From NCBI GenBank assembly GCA_964506945.1, contig CAZDOC010000003.1, forward strand, positions 65,142-129,141: 64,000 bases of DNA, read 5' to 3'. This stretch comes from an uncultured Gammaproteobacteria bacterium (GTDB lineage: Bacteria; Pseudomonadota; Gammaproteobacteria; CAZDOC01). The notes under the pieces are model-generated. The model was not told where the DNA came from. It worked only from the letters and a program-made list of their open reading frames with translations, and did no database searches. The translations under genes and the position numbers were made by a program. Below are positions 22,628-31,633 of this stretch, piece by piece (positions within the stretch are counted from its first letter, which is position 1; each line of letters starts with the position of its first letter).

Positions 22628-25600
22628 TCAATAGTTTCCAATGTCGAAAAACACGCGCCCGCCGCTCACAGGATAGACCGCCTTTATGCGCTTGGCGCCC
22701 GAGAAACGCACGATCGTGTTCAGCCCATCGATCAGGGCCGTCTCAATGGCCTGCTTGTCTATCCCGCCATTGACACCGGCGTTGATCTTGCCCAGCAGCC
22801 ATCCCTTTATCAGCGACAGGGGAATGTTGGAATTGGCCACATCGAGACTGAAATCACTGGCGAACTCCAGCCGTGTATCGCGTAGTGGCGTCAACTCGCC
22901 CTGCCGATTGACAAATGCATGGATGACGATCCTGAGTTCGGGCGATATCAGGTCCCCGGTGACCGCCCGGCCGAATGCCCTGCCCACGATCTCGTTGCCA
23001 CTGGTTTCGAAGGGGACCGTGATCGTGAACGTCAGCTGTTTCGTGCCACTGACCGTGGTCGACAGGGTCGGGCTGTTGGCGCTCATGTCGGCGATATCGA
23101 TATGCACCCGCCCCCCCAGACCATCATAGGGCGGAACCTCGAAAGTGGTGCTATCACCCAGCAGCGAGATGCTGCCGCTACCGATGGGAGCCCCTATGGT
23201 CGCGGTGAACTGGCTCAGCAGCCCATTCGCCCAGTCGGCATCCAGGACCCAGTAGGCGAACCGTGACATCTTGCGGGTAACGCCATTCACGCGGTAGTCG
23301 GCTCCGCCCAGCGTATCATGGACACTGATGTAGCCAGCTTCAAATCCAGTGTCCCTGAAATTGCTGACCTTGGCCTTGATGAGGTCGAATGTACCGGCCT
23401 GGCTGCGCTGCATTATCCTTGCCGCAACCCGGCCAACTTTCACTTCGGTGATACCGCTAAAGTTGTGTCCCTGCAGATAAAAAACACCATCGCTGCTGTC
23501 CGGATTCTGTAACAGGGCGGGATCGACGATGCCCTTGCCGTGGATCTTCTGTCCGCCAAGACCGGGCCGGTAGTCGTCTATCCACATGTCCGTGATCTCG
23601 GGCTCGGCGGGGAAGTCGCCTACGAACCGGAATGAAATGGAGAACACCAGCTTCCGTATCTCGCCCTGGGGTGTGGTGATTTCCAGATAGGGTAATGTCA
23701 TGGTGACTTGTCGATTGTTCTTCCATGCCTCAAGACGATCACGGCTGGGCTGGAGGACATAGGTCGCGCGCCGACCCGTATCATTCCTCACCGTGTCACT
23801 CAGGCCGCCCCATCGGTAGTGACTCCATCCCGGACTGGCGCAGGCATCCAACTCGATATTCCTTCCGGGTTCGTAGGTCACCATCAGGGGCTGCTGGAAC
23901 TGGATCCAGTAATCTCCATAGGGAGCCGGCGTTGCCGAGTCGAAATCGAGGGTTCTGGTTTCTCCGCCACAGGGGATCTCTATGGTCACGGAGTGCCGGT
24001 TTCTCGTCGCGGTGGCGGCAGCCTGCACCGCGCTGGCGACACTGGCACTGCTGGCGGTGGTCGATGATGTCGTACCACGCGCCTGGTGCTGCCTGCCGTT
24101 TGTCCTGCCAGCGGACGCCGCTGGACGCCGTGTATCCTTGACCTTAGCCTGCTGGGCGGGAACCCCGCCTGGCCGCCGTTCCTGCAACAGGGCAGTCGTC
24201 CCAGCCGCCGCAGGCGCCTTGCGCGACGGCGCCATGCCCCGCTTGCCGGCGGGAGCCGATGAGGACCCGGCCGCAGTAAGCGAGGTCCTGGAACCTGGGC
24301 CCTTCGCCCCCTGCCTGGACGTCTGCACAGGACCGTCCGCCGCCCGCAGCAAGCCCACCTGGATGGATTTCACCGGGCTCCGGACCCTGCCGGTATCCAG
24401 GGCAACGACGCTCAGCCCCTGGTCGCCGCCCTTCGAGGCAATCAGGTCCATGGTGAAGACTTCTCGCTTCCTGAACGGTGCCCTGGCCTTCAGCGTCCGG
24501 CGCTTGCCGGCATAACTGGCCGCAATGGCCACCACGCCGGCATCATCCGTGGCGGTGATGCTCGCCCGGAACTTCTGTCCCGGTTTTATCTTGGCGGGGA
24601 TGGAGATATTCGTCACCTGCGGGGGCTGATTGGCCCTGGCGCCCACGCCTCCGCGGCCTGACGCGGCGGCCCTGGCGGGGGTCCGGACGGGAGGCCGCGC
24701 AGCCGCGGCGGCGACCTGGGCTGCGGGCTTCGCCGGCCGCCTCCTGGTGGCCGCCTTGCCGCGTGGGGCCTTGGCCGCCACGACCGGTTTCACCTCCGCC
24801 GCCGCCGAGGCCCTGGCCGCCACCGTGGCGGTCCCCGCCGGGGCGTTGGCGGAGCTCCCCGCCCGTTGCCCCGCGGCGCGGCCCGGTCTGGCCGTCGCGG
24901 ACCGGCTCACCGGGGTGTTGACCGCCACCGGCCTGACCGTCTTCGCCTTGGCGGTACCGGAATTGGCCCTCGTGGTGGCCGCATTCACCCGGCTCACCCG
25001 CAGCGTCGCCGTGCCAACGGGCCGTTTGTTCCGGTCCCTCAAGATCAGCACATAGCGGCCTGGCGCTTCCTTCTTGTCCAGCCCCAGGGTCACCGTGCAC
25101 TGGCTCGCAGAGGGACAATTCAAACTGGGGTTGAAGCTGGCCACGGACCGGGGCCCCTGCATCACCACCACGCTGCTGGCCGCACCCAGAGCCTTGCCGG
25201 TGAGGCTCAGGGTCCGTTCGTTCCCCACCTGCAAGACCACCGAGGCCGGCGTCAGCTTCAGCGGTTGTGGCAGCTTGACCACTGGCCTCGGTGGCGTCTT
25301 CCCAGGTGTCCTTGCCGCCGTGTTGGTACTGGACCGCGTGGCCGCCACCCGGCTCACCGGGGCGACCGTGGGCGCCGGCGCGACGCGCCGACTCGCGGCC
25401 TGGCGGGACTTCGTCGCCACCGGGGCGGTGGTGATCTTCACTACCCGCAGGGCCGCGCTGGCCACCGGCAGCTTGCGGGCGGACTGCAGCATGACCACAT
25501 ACACGCCCCTGCGGATACCCGCCCTGGGCGTCAAGGTGACCTCACAGCGTGTCGCGCTGGGACAGTTCAATGCCATGCCGGCGTGCTGGCTGGGCTTGCC

Positions 25601-25792
25601 CCCCTGGTACAACACCACCCTGGCGGCCTGAGTCAGATCCTTGCCGCTCAGGGTCAAGCTCTGGACCCGGCCCACGCTCAGGCTCACCGACGCCGGTGTG
25701 ATCACCACGCGCTGCGCCGCCTGCACGCCCAGGCAGACGAACGATAGCAGCAACAGATACGGCAGTGTGTTTATCTTCCTGTTGGTCATCCT
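22628..25792 (-). CDS. Large secreted/surface protein with tandem Ig-like domains separated by basic Ala/Pro/Arg/Lys-rich linkers and an about 450-aa C-terminal globular domain
   Basis: Signal peptide MTNRKINTLPYLLLLSFVCLGVQAA. Two homologous about 90-aa modules (VVITPASVSLSVGRVQSLTLSGKDL... / LKLTPASVVLQVGNERTLSLTGKAL...) plus a third degenerate one; long low-complexity basic linkers. The track ORF extends to 25873. Confidence 0.65.
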   Translation of the reverse strand, partial: RMTNRKINTLPYLLLLSFVCLGVQAAQRVVITPASVSLSVGRVQSLTLSGKDLTQAARVVLYQGGKPSQHAGMALNCPSATRCEVTLTPRAGIRRGVYVVMLQSARKLPVASAALRVVKITTAPVATKSRQAASRRVAPAPTVAPVSRVAATRSSTNTAARTPGKTPPRPVVKLPQPLKLTPASVVLQVGNERTLSLTGKALGAASSVVVMQGPRSVASFNPSLNCPSASQCTVTLGLDKKEAPGRYVLILRDRNKRPVGTATLRVSRVNAATTRANSGTAKAKTVRPVAVNTPVSRSATARPGRAAGQRAGSSANAPAGTATVAARASAAAEVKPVVAAKAPRGKAATRRRPAKPAAQVAAAAARPPVRTPARAAASGRGGVGARANQPPQVTNISIPAKIKPGQKFRASITATDDAGVVAIAASYAGKRRTLKARAPFRKREVFTMDLIASKGGDQGLSVVALDTGRVRSPVKSIQVGLLRAADGPVQTSRQGAKGPGSRTSLTAAGSSSAPAGKRGMAPSRKAPAAAGTTALLQERRPGGVPAQQAKVKDTRRPAASAGRTNGRQHQARGTTSSTTASSASVASAVQAAATATRNRHSVTIEIPCGGETRTLDFDSATPAPYGDYWIQFQQPLMVTYEPGRNIELDACASPGWSHYRWGGLSDTVRNDTGRRATYVLQPSRDRLEAWKNNRQVTMTLPYLEITTPQGEIRKLVFSISFRFVGDFPAEPEITDMWIDDYRPGLGGQKIHGKGIVDPALLQNPDSSDGVFYLQGHNFSGITEVKVGRVAARIMQRSQAGTFDLIKAKVSNFRDTGFEAGYISVHDTLGGADYRVNGVTRKMSRFAYWVLDADWANGLLSQFTATIGAPIGSGSISLLGDSTTFEVPPYDGLGGRVHIDIADMSANSPTLSTTVSGTKQLTFTITVPFETSGNEIVGRAFGRAVTGDLISPELRIVIHAFVNRQGELTPLRDTRLEFASDFSLDVANSNIPLSLIKGWLLGKINAGVNGGIDKQAIETALIDGLNTIVRFSGAKRIKAVYPVSGGRVFFDIGNY
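25050..25770 (-). repeat. Diverged tandem intragenic DNA repeat encoding the two Ig-like modules
   Basis: Segments about 25080-25290 and 25530-25740 align at roughly 70% identity (e.g. gtcaccgtgcactggctcgcagagggacaattcaaactgg vs gtgacctcacagcgtgtcgcgctgggacagttcaatgcc). Confidence 0.6.
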
Positions 25793-25897
25793 CGCATTCA
25801 CTGGCGCTGAACTCCGTTGGGCAATACGGCCTAAGGTGAGGATAGGCAATCCACAACCGTCACGGTATCCCATGAATTGGGGGTGCCGGTCCGGCCC

Positions 25898-26617
25898 TCA
25901 GCGGAGGCGGTCAGCACAGATACCCCAGATCTCCCTGCGATAGACATGCAGCTGGTAGGCGATATCGCCAGTAGGCTCCTGATGCCACTTGATCTTTATT
26001 GGGCTGCATTGCAGGCAGCCCGGCTCGGGCCGGGACAGGATCCTGGCCAGGCCATAGCGCCCTTGCTGCAGCAGTTGCGCATGATCGAATATCAGGGCCC
26101 GGTGACGACATGCCGGCGGCGAATTGCCGACCTGATAGCTGTCCACCCCCTTGTCCCCGACCGACCTGCTGGAACTGCGCGCAAATACCAGCAGGTCCTT
26201 CACCGTACCCGCCGGGATCATCCGTGCTATCGACCTGCCAGGACGGATCACCGGCCTGATCGTATAGTGGCGGCTGTTGCTGCCACCCTTCTCGGCCACC
26301 ACCTGTACCTGCACCCGCAGGCCCTTGTTCAAATCCCTGATCCGGACCTGTATCCGGGTCTCCTCCCAGGATTCGATCTGGACGCTGTATTTCAGGCCGT
26401 GACCATAATCGGCGATGACCTCACAAGCTTGACAGCGCTGACCAAAATCATGGCCTGAAAGGGTGACCCGGTTCTCCTGGGCACCCTGGAGTGACAGTAT
26501 GGAGGGACTGGACTGCGCCCCGCAGATGAGCGGCATGAAGCAGCACAGGCCTGTGGGCAATAACAGATACCGTCTGCTGATCCTGCTATTGCCCCGGCAT
26601 GGTATCGCGACCTTCAT
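25898..26617 (-). CDS. Hypothetical small secreted protein with an Ig-like module related to the repeats of the large neighbour
   Basis: 239-aa ORF; hydrophobic N-terminus (YLLLPTGLCCFMPLICGA); ENRVTLSGHDFGQ resembles the TLSG/SLTG core of the neighbouring repeats. Confidence 0.5.
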   Translation of the reverse strand: MKVAIPCRGNSRISRRYLLLPTGLCCFMPLICGAQSSPSILSLQGAQENRVTLSGHDFGQRCQACEVIADYGHGLKYSVQIESWEETRIQVRIRDLNKGLRVQVQVVAEKGGSNSRHYTIRPVIRPGRSIARMIPAGTVKDLLVFARSSSRSVGDKGVDSYQVGNSPPACRHRALIFDHAQLLQQGRYGLARILSRPEPGCLQCSPIKIKWHQEPTGDIAYQLHVYRREIWGICADRLR

Positions 26618-26767
26618 GGTTCATGGATTATGTTCCGGAACGGACCAGTGTCTATCCCGTAAATAGGGGAGCCCCGCAACGGCACCCGGGCGGGGCAGGC
26701 CCCGACACCGCAGGCGCACCAGCACCCGGGGGTCCACGGCTCCGGTATCCTTGCTCGAAATCTTCGT

Positions 26768-28660
26768 TCAGGGGTCTGCCGTGGCGATGGGCAGCCAGAG
26801 ACTGACCCGGGTGCCGGAATCATCGGAAATCAGCTCGAAGAGGGCGCCGATCCGCTCCGCCCTGCGGCGCATATTGTCCAGGCCCCTGCCGCCGGATGCC
26901 GGTTCGCGCATGCCCCTGCCGTTGTCCTGAATCTCGACGATCACCCCAGGGAGGTCCCCGCTGTTCATCTCCCGGGTCAGGATCCTGATCTCGCTGGCTT
27001 TGGCGTGCTTGATGATATTGCTGATCGCCTCCTGCAGGATGCGCAATACCTGCAAGACCTTCTCTGGACCCAGCCCCGAGACCCTGGGGATATCGCTGAC
27101 ATGCCATCGCATCATGATGTTGCTTCGTTCGAGGCGTGGCTGGATCCGGGATCGGTACATGGCCAGCACGCTATTCAGATCATCCTCGACCGGGTCCAGG
27201 GAATCGATCATCACCCGCAGGTCATCGAGCGCGCCGTGCAGGGCATCGAGGATCTCTTCCCTGCTGGCATTACTGGTCTCGACCATCGACAGTGTCGAAA
27301 TGAGATGGCCACCCATACCATCGTGCATCTCCCGCATGATGCGCTCGCGTTCCATGATCAGCACCTGTTCCTTCTCCATCTGACGCAGGCGCTGGTAGTT
27401 GCGCTCCAGTTCCTGGTGCTTCTCCGCGACGCGCATGCCCAGCTCTATGTTGAGCCGCTCCGCTTCATCCAGGGCCTTCACAAAACGCGTCAGCAGGATC
27501 CAGCTGAAGATCAACAGCGGGACGGGCGCGGCATAATGCATCATCAGGCCATTCTCCCGGCTCACGAAGTCGTTCAGCATCAGCCAGTCATGAACGCCGA
27601 AGACTATCAGCAGGAGTCCGGACAGGAGCAGGAGATAGGCCCCCACATCGCGCTGCTTGCGGTACTCGTACATCAGCAACGATGCCGGATAGATCCCCAG
27701 CAGCAAGGACAGGGTATCGACGACACGATGACCCACGGTGGGCAACAGGCTTTCCGGCACCAGCAGCAGCGCGATCGCGCCGATCGTCCCGGCGATCACC
27801 AGGCCTCCCTCCAGAAGGTGACGTTCCACGCCGGTGAATCTGTGTACGAACAGGGTCACCAGGATCACGAACCAGGCCATGGTCGTGAACCACAACCATT
27901 CCCAGACATGGCTGGAGGTGGGTATATGGGTCACGAACAGGTTCAGGTTGTGGATGGCCCAGACGAAGAGCACCAGGGAGAACCAGCCGTAAACCGAATC
28001 CCGCCGGTGCAGATACCACAGCACGCCCATGAAAAAGCCCATGACCACCATGCTCCCGGTCAGGATCCGGGCGATCGTCACCTTGAGAAAATACCGCAGT
28101 TCATAGGCCGGCCGCAGCACTTCATCCGGCGCCAGATGCACCTTCCCCAGATAACCCGATCCGGGAGACAGCGCCGCGATCCTGATGACCACGATGTTTT
28201 CACCGGTATTCAACATGCCATTGGGGATCATGAAATACTGCGGGGTGTTCCAGTTCCGGGTCATCGGCGCGTCAAAGCGCCCGCCATCACCGAGCAGGTG
28301 TCCGTTCAGATAAACCGCCGTATTCATGTTGATCGTGGGCAGAAAGATCGCCCACAGGCGATTGGGCGACACGTTCAGGTCCAGGGCAAACCGGTACCAG
28401 GCATTGTGCGACTGGGTATCGGCATGCCGCCAGTCATCAGGAAGTACGCCAGGGCGCCAGCCGGCATTTCGTGAGGGGGGGGTGACGCCATCCTGATAGA
28501 GGACAGTCACCTCATCCATGGTCAGGATGTTGTCCGGCAGCCAGGATTGCGCCAGATAGCCGACTATCGACACGGTCGCCGGCAGGCCGAAGAATACCAG
28601 GCCTATGACCAGCATCCAGCTGCGCCTGGCGCTACCCGCCGAATTCGTACCGTCACTCAT
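26768..28660 (-). CDS. Sensor histidine kinase, 7TMR-DISM type (periplasmic 7TMR-DISMED2 domain, 7 TM helices, HisKA_3 and HATPase_c)
   Basis: 630 aa; N-terminal signal/TM, about 170-aa periplasmic domain, seven hydrophobic helices, then REMHDGMGGHLISTL (HisKA_3 H-box) and ILQEAISNIIKHAKAS...DNGRGM (ATPase N/G boxes). Confidence 0.85.
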   Translation of the reverse strand: MSDGTNSAGSARRSWMLVIGLVFFGLPATVSIVGYLAQSWLPDNILTMDEVTVLYQDGVTPPSRNAGWRPGVLPDDWRHADTQSHNAWYRFALDLNVSPNRLWAIFLPTINMNTAVYLNGHLLGDGGRFDAPMTRNWNTPQYFMIPNGMLNTGENIVVIRIAALSPGSGYLGKVHLAPDEVLRPAYELRYFLKVTIARILTGSMVVMGFFMGVLWYLHRRDSVYGWFSLVLFVWAIHNLNLFVTHIPTSSHVWEWLWFTTMAWFVILVTLFVHRFTGVERHLLEGGLVIAGTIGAIALLLVPESLLPTVGHRVVDTLSLLLGIYPASLLMYEYRKQRDVGAYLLLLSGLLLIVFGVHDWLMLNDFVSRENGLMMHYAAPVPLLIFSWILLTRFVKALDEAERLNIELGMRVAEKHQELERNYQRLRQMEKEQVLIMERERIMREMHDGMGGHLISTLSMVETSNASREEILDALHGALDDLRVMIDSLDPVEDDLNSVLAMYRSRIQPRLERSNIMMRWHVSDIPRVSGLGPEKVLQVLRILQEAISNIIKHAKASEIRILTREMNSGDLPGVIVEIQDNGRGMREPASGGRGLDNMRRRAERIGALFELISDDSGTRVSLWLPIATADP

Positions 28661-29318
28661 CGAGTCTGATGATCCCCAGTTGCATGGCCTCGAAAACCGC
28701 CTCTCCCCGGGATCTTACCGAAAGCTTTTTATAGATATTCTTGATATGCGAGGTCACGGTATGCCCTGACACGTCGATGATCCCGGCGATCTCGTTATAG
28801 CTGAAACCCTTGGCTACATAACGGAGGACCTCTGTCTCTCTTTCCGTCAAGTGGGGTGCGTCTGCGTTACCGCCCACTTCGCCGCGATGCTGTCCGCCCT
28901 GGAATCGTCGCAACAAATGTCGCGCGATCGACGGACTCATCGGCGAAGCCCCCCCCGCGAGTTCGATGATTGATGCGCCTATCGCATCCATGCTGCTGTC
29001 CTTCAGCAGATAACCCGATGCCCCGGCCTCGATGGCCGAGAGCACATGTCGTTCATCACCGAACACGGTGATGACCATGATCTCCGTATCGGGGTATTGC
29101 CTGACCGTCTCCTCGATGATCTCCACCCCTTCCCCATCCGGCAGTCCCAGGTCCGTGACCAGGATATCCGGGGCCTGCCGCGCCAGGACCTCCCGGGCGG
29201 CATGGCAGCTATCCACCGCGGCCAACAGGCTCAGGCCCCGATGTCCGGTGATGGCCTGGGCGAGCTTGTTGCGCGTATTGGTGTCATCCTCGACCAACAT
29301 CACGGAATACGGTGGCAT
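28653..29318 (-). CDS. NarL/LuxR-family response regulator (REC and HTH_LuxR)
   Basis: SVMLVEDDTNTR...DILVTDLGLPDG receiver and C-terminal LTERETEVLRYVAKGFSYNEIAG...TVTSHIKNIYKKL LuxR HTH; 8-nt overlap with the kinase gene; start at MPPYS preceded by AGGGG. Confidence 0.88.
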   Translation of the reverse strand: MPPYSVMLVEDDTNTRNKLAQAITGHRGLSLLAAVDSCHAAREVLARQAPDILVTDLGLPDGEGVEIIEETVRQYPDTEIMVITVFGDERHVLSAIEAGASGYLLKDSSMDAIGASIIELAGGASPMSPSIARHLLRRFQGGQHRGEVGGNADAPHLTERETEVLRYVAKGFSYNEIAGIIDVSGHTVTSHIKNIYKKLSVRSRGEAVFEAMQLGIIRLDE

Positions 29319-29370
29319 GGCGGTGCCCCTGCCCTTGTCAAGGAAACCCTGATTAATCCAGAGTTTCCGC

Positions 29371-29412
29371 GGCACATGGATGTGCCCTGATAATTCATGA
29401 ATGAATTATCAG
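29371..29412. promoter_or_regulatory. Two adjacent perfect palindromes upstream of the response-regulator gene (candidate operator)
   Basis: GGCACAT-GG-ATGTGCC (29371-29386) immediately followed by CTGATAATTCAT-GA-ATGAATTATCAG (29387-29412); AT-rich in a GC-rich genome. Confidence 0.45.
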
Positions 29413-29668
29413 AGCCTCCTCTAACAACCACCTCAGCAATAACAAGCATCCTCCGGCGGTGTCAAGCCATACGCCAGGAATGATGCCGCTGCACGAATGG
29501 ACGGGATTCCACACACCGGAGCTACTGGCGGCAGGCCATCAAGACATTGGCCTGAAGTATCCCGGCTGACGGCCGCGCGCAGGTGATTGAATGAGAGACC
29601 CTACCCTGGATGTAAGCCGGGCGTCTTGCAATCAGGAATTCGTTCTTGGTGCGCCTCGGGGAAGGGCC

Positions 29669-30067
29669 TTATTTGACCAGTTTAAGACTCGGCCTGCCCT
29701 TGTCCGGATGCTCGTCCGGGGGCGTCGGTGGTGCATCCTCGGGTCCTTCATCTTCGGAAAACACCATGCCACGCCCGTTTTCCTGGGCATAGATGGCCTT
29801 GACCGCCGCCATCGGCACACTGACATCGAAGGGCTTGCCGGAAAAACGCGCACTGAACAGCACCCCCTCATTGCCCAGATCCAGCCCCCTGACCGCGGAA
29901 GGCGAGACGTTGAGGACGATGCGTCCATTGTCGATATACTGGCTTGGAACATGGACCTGGTCGTATTCGGCATCGACCAGCAAGTAGGGCGTCATGCCGT
30001 TGTCCACTATCCATTCGTACAGGGCCCTGAGCAGATAGGGCCTGGTTGAGGTCATCTCCTGCTGCAT
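29669..30067 (-). CDS. sspB: Stringent starvation protein B (ClpXP adaptor)
   Basis: RPYLLRALYEWIVDNGMTPYLLVDA...IVLNVSPSAV closely matches SspB N-domain; acidic C-terminal tail ending LKLVK. Confidence 0.9.
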   Translation of the reverse strand: MQQEMTSTRPYLLRALYEWIVDNGMTPYLLVDAEYDQVHVPSQYIDNGRIVLNVSPSAVRGLDLGNEGVLFSARFSGKPFDVSVPMAAVKAIYAQENGRGMVFSEDEGPEDAPPTPPDEHPDKGRPSLKLVK

Positions 30068-30101
30068 ATCAATAACCCGGGCACATACCGCCTGGCATGG
30101 G

Positions 30102-30728
30102 CTATGTCCGCATCTCCTTCTCCTGTGGCGACAGACAGGCCTTGAAGGCATCACGGGCAAACAGGGCATCGGCGTATTTCTGCAGCGGCTTTGCCTGGGC
30201 CGGTAGCTTGATGCCATGGACATCGAGTCGCCACAACAGCGGTGCCAGGCAGCAATCCACCAGTGAGAATTCATCCGACATGAAGAATTCCTGCTGCCCC
30301 AGGGCCGGGGAAATCGCTGTCAGATTGTCACGCAGCGCCTTGGTGGACGCCGATACACGCTTGTTGTCTCCCGACTCCAGTTCATGGAGGAGACTGTAGA
30401 GATCGTTGACGATACGGTAACGCAACTGGCGATTGAGGGCCCGGTGCACCGGGTCCACCGGCATCAGGGGAGGATGGGGGAAACGCTCATCCAGGTATTC
30501 CATCATGATCTGGGCGTCATAGAGGACCAGATCCCGGTCGATCAGGGTGAGGACGGAATTGTAGGGATTCAGTTCGCTGATCTCTTCCGGGATATCTCCG
30601 CTGTCGATATATTTGATCTCGACATTGATATCCTTCTCCGCCAGCACGATACGCACGCAATGGCTGGTGGCGCTGGTCGGCTCCGAATACAGCATCATGA
30701 CCGAGCGCCGGTTCGCTAGTGCTGACAT
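30102..30728 (-). CDS. sspA: Stringent starvation protein A (GST-fold)
   Basis: MMLYSEPTSATSHCVRIVLAEKDINVEIKYID... GST N- and C-domains; sspA-sspB order downstream of pet operon. Confidence 0.9.
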   Translation of the reverse strand: MSALANRRSVMMLYSEPTSATSHCVRIVLAEKDINVEIKYIDSGDIPEEISELNPYNSVLTLIDRDLVLYDAQIMMEYLDERFPHPPLMPVDPVHRALNRQLRYRIVNDLYSLLHELESGDNKRVSASTKALRDNLTAISPALGQQEFFMSDEFSLVDCCLAPLLWRLDVHGIKLPAQAKPLQKYADALFARDAFKACLSPQEKEMRT

Positions 30729-30907
30729 GCATTTCCCTCCCCTGCCACGGACCACTCAGGATGCCCGTGGATGATGGCATGAGACCCGTTGGCAACCCCA
30801 CCCCGATGACTGTAACACATAAGTTCCAGGCCTAGACCCTGGTGCTCGCGGCGCGCGTCATGTCAAGCCCGAATCCAGGCGAGACGCTTCGGCACCCTGG
30901 AGATTAT

Positions 30908-31633
30908 TCAATGGACATCCCGCCAGAATTCCTTCTTCAGCTTCCAGGCCAGGACGGTGAACACGACCAGGAACAGCATCACCCACAGACCCAGGCGGTA
31001 TCGCACCAGCTTGGCTGGCTCGCCGACATATTCGAGGAAATTGACCAGGTCCCTGGCCGTATGACGATATTCCTCGGGGCTCTGGGTGCCGGCGCGAGCC
31101 AGTTCCAGCTCGACGGCGGCGCCCTCCTCATCTCCACCCACGCGCCGCTGCCAGCCCTGCAATTCCCACAGCACATGCGGCATGGCAACGTCCTTGAAAA
31201 CGGCATTGTTGACCCCGGTGGGACGAGACGGATCCAGGTAAAAGCCCAGCAGATAGGAATACAGCCAGTCGGCGCCACGGGCCCGCGCCACCACGGACAG
31301 GTCCGGCGGTGCGGTGCCGAACCAGGACTCACCATCGCTGGCCTTCATGCTGGTACGGATGCCTTCACCGATCTTGCTGGTATTGAACATCAGGTTTGCC
31401 TTGACCTGTTTGTCCGTCAGGCCGATATCCCTGGCCATGCGGTTGTAACGCATGAAGCTGAGGCCATGGCAACCGCTGCAATAGTTGATGAAGGTACGCG
31501 CGCCACGTTGCAGGGAAGCCTGATCGTGCAGGTCCAGTTCCACGTGCCGCAGATGGGCCTCGCCAGCATTGGCCAGGACAAGGGCCGGCGACAGCGTCAG
31601 CAATACAGAAAGGATTATGCGTTTCATGTTCAT
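30908..31633 (-). CDS. petC: Ubiquinol-cytochrome c reductase cytochrome c1 subunit
   Basis: Signal peptide MNMKRIILSVLLTLSPALVLA, CSGCH heme-binding motif, C-terminal TM anchor; track ORF is an upstream-extended read-through. Confidence 0.9.
   Translation of the reverse strand: MNMKRIILSVLLTLSPALVLANAGEAHLRHVELDLHDQASLQRGARTFINYCSGCHGLSFMRYNRMARDIGLTDKQVKANLMFNTSKIGEGIRTSMKASDGESWFGTAPPDLSVVARARGADWLYSYLLGFYLDPSRPTGVNNAVFKDVAMPHVLWELQGWQRRVGGDEEGAAVELELARAGTQSPEEYRHTARDLVNFLEYVGEPAKLVRYRLGLWVMLFLVVFTVLAWKLKKEFWRDVH

Noticed and set aside
29376-29668. Possible small ORF or sRNA in the 290-bp gap between the response regulator and sspB
   Set aside because: No ORF with a credible RBS; AT-rich composition is better explained as promoter/operator DNA (see palindrome finding)
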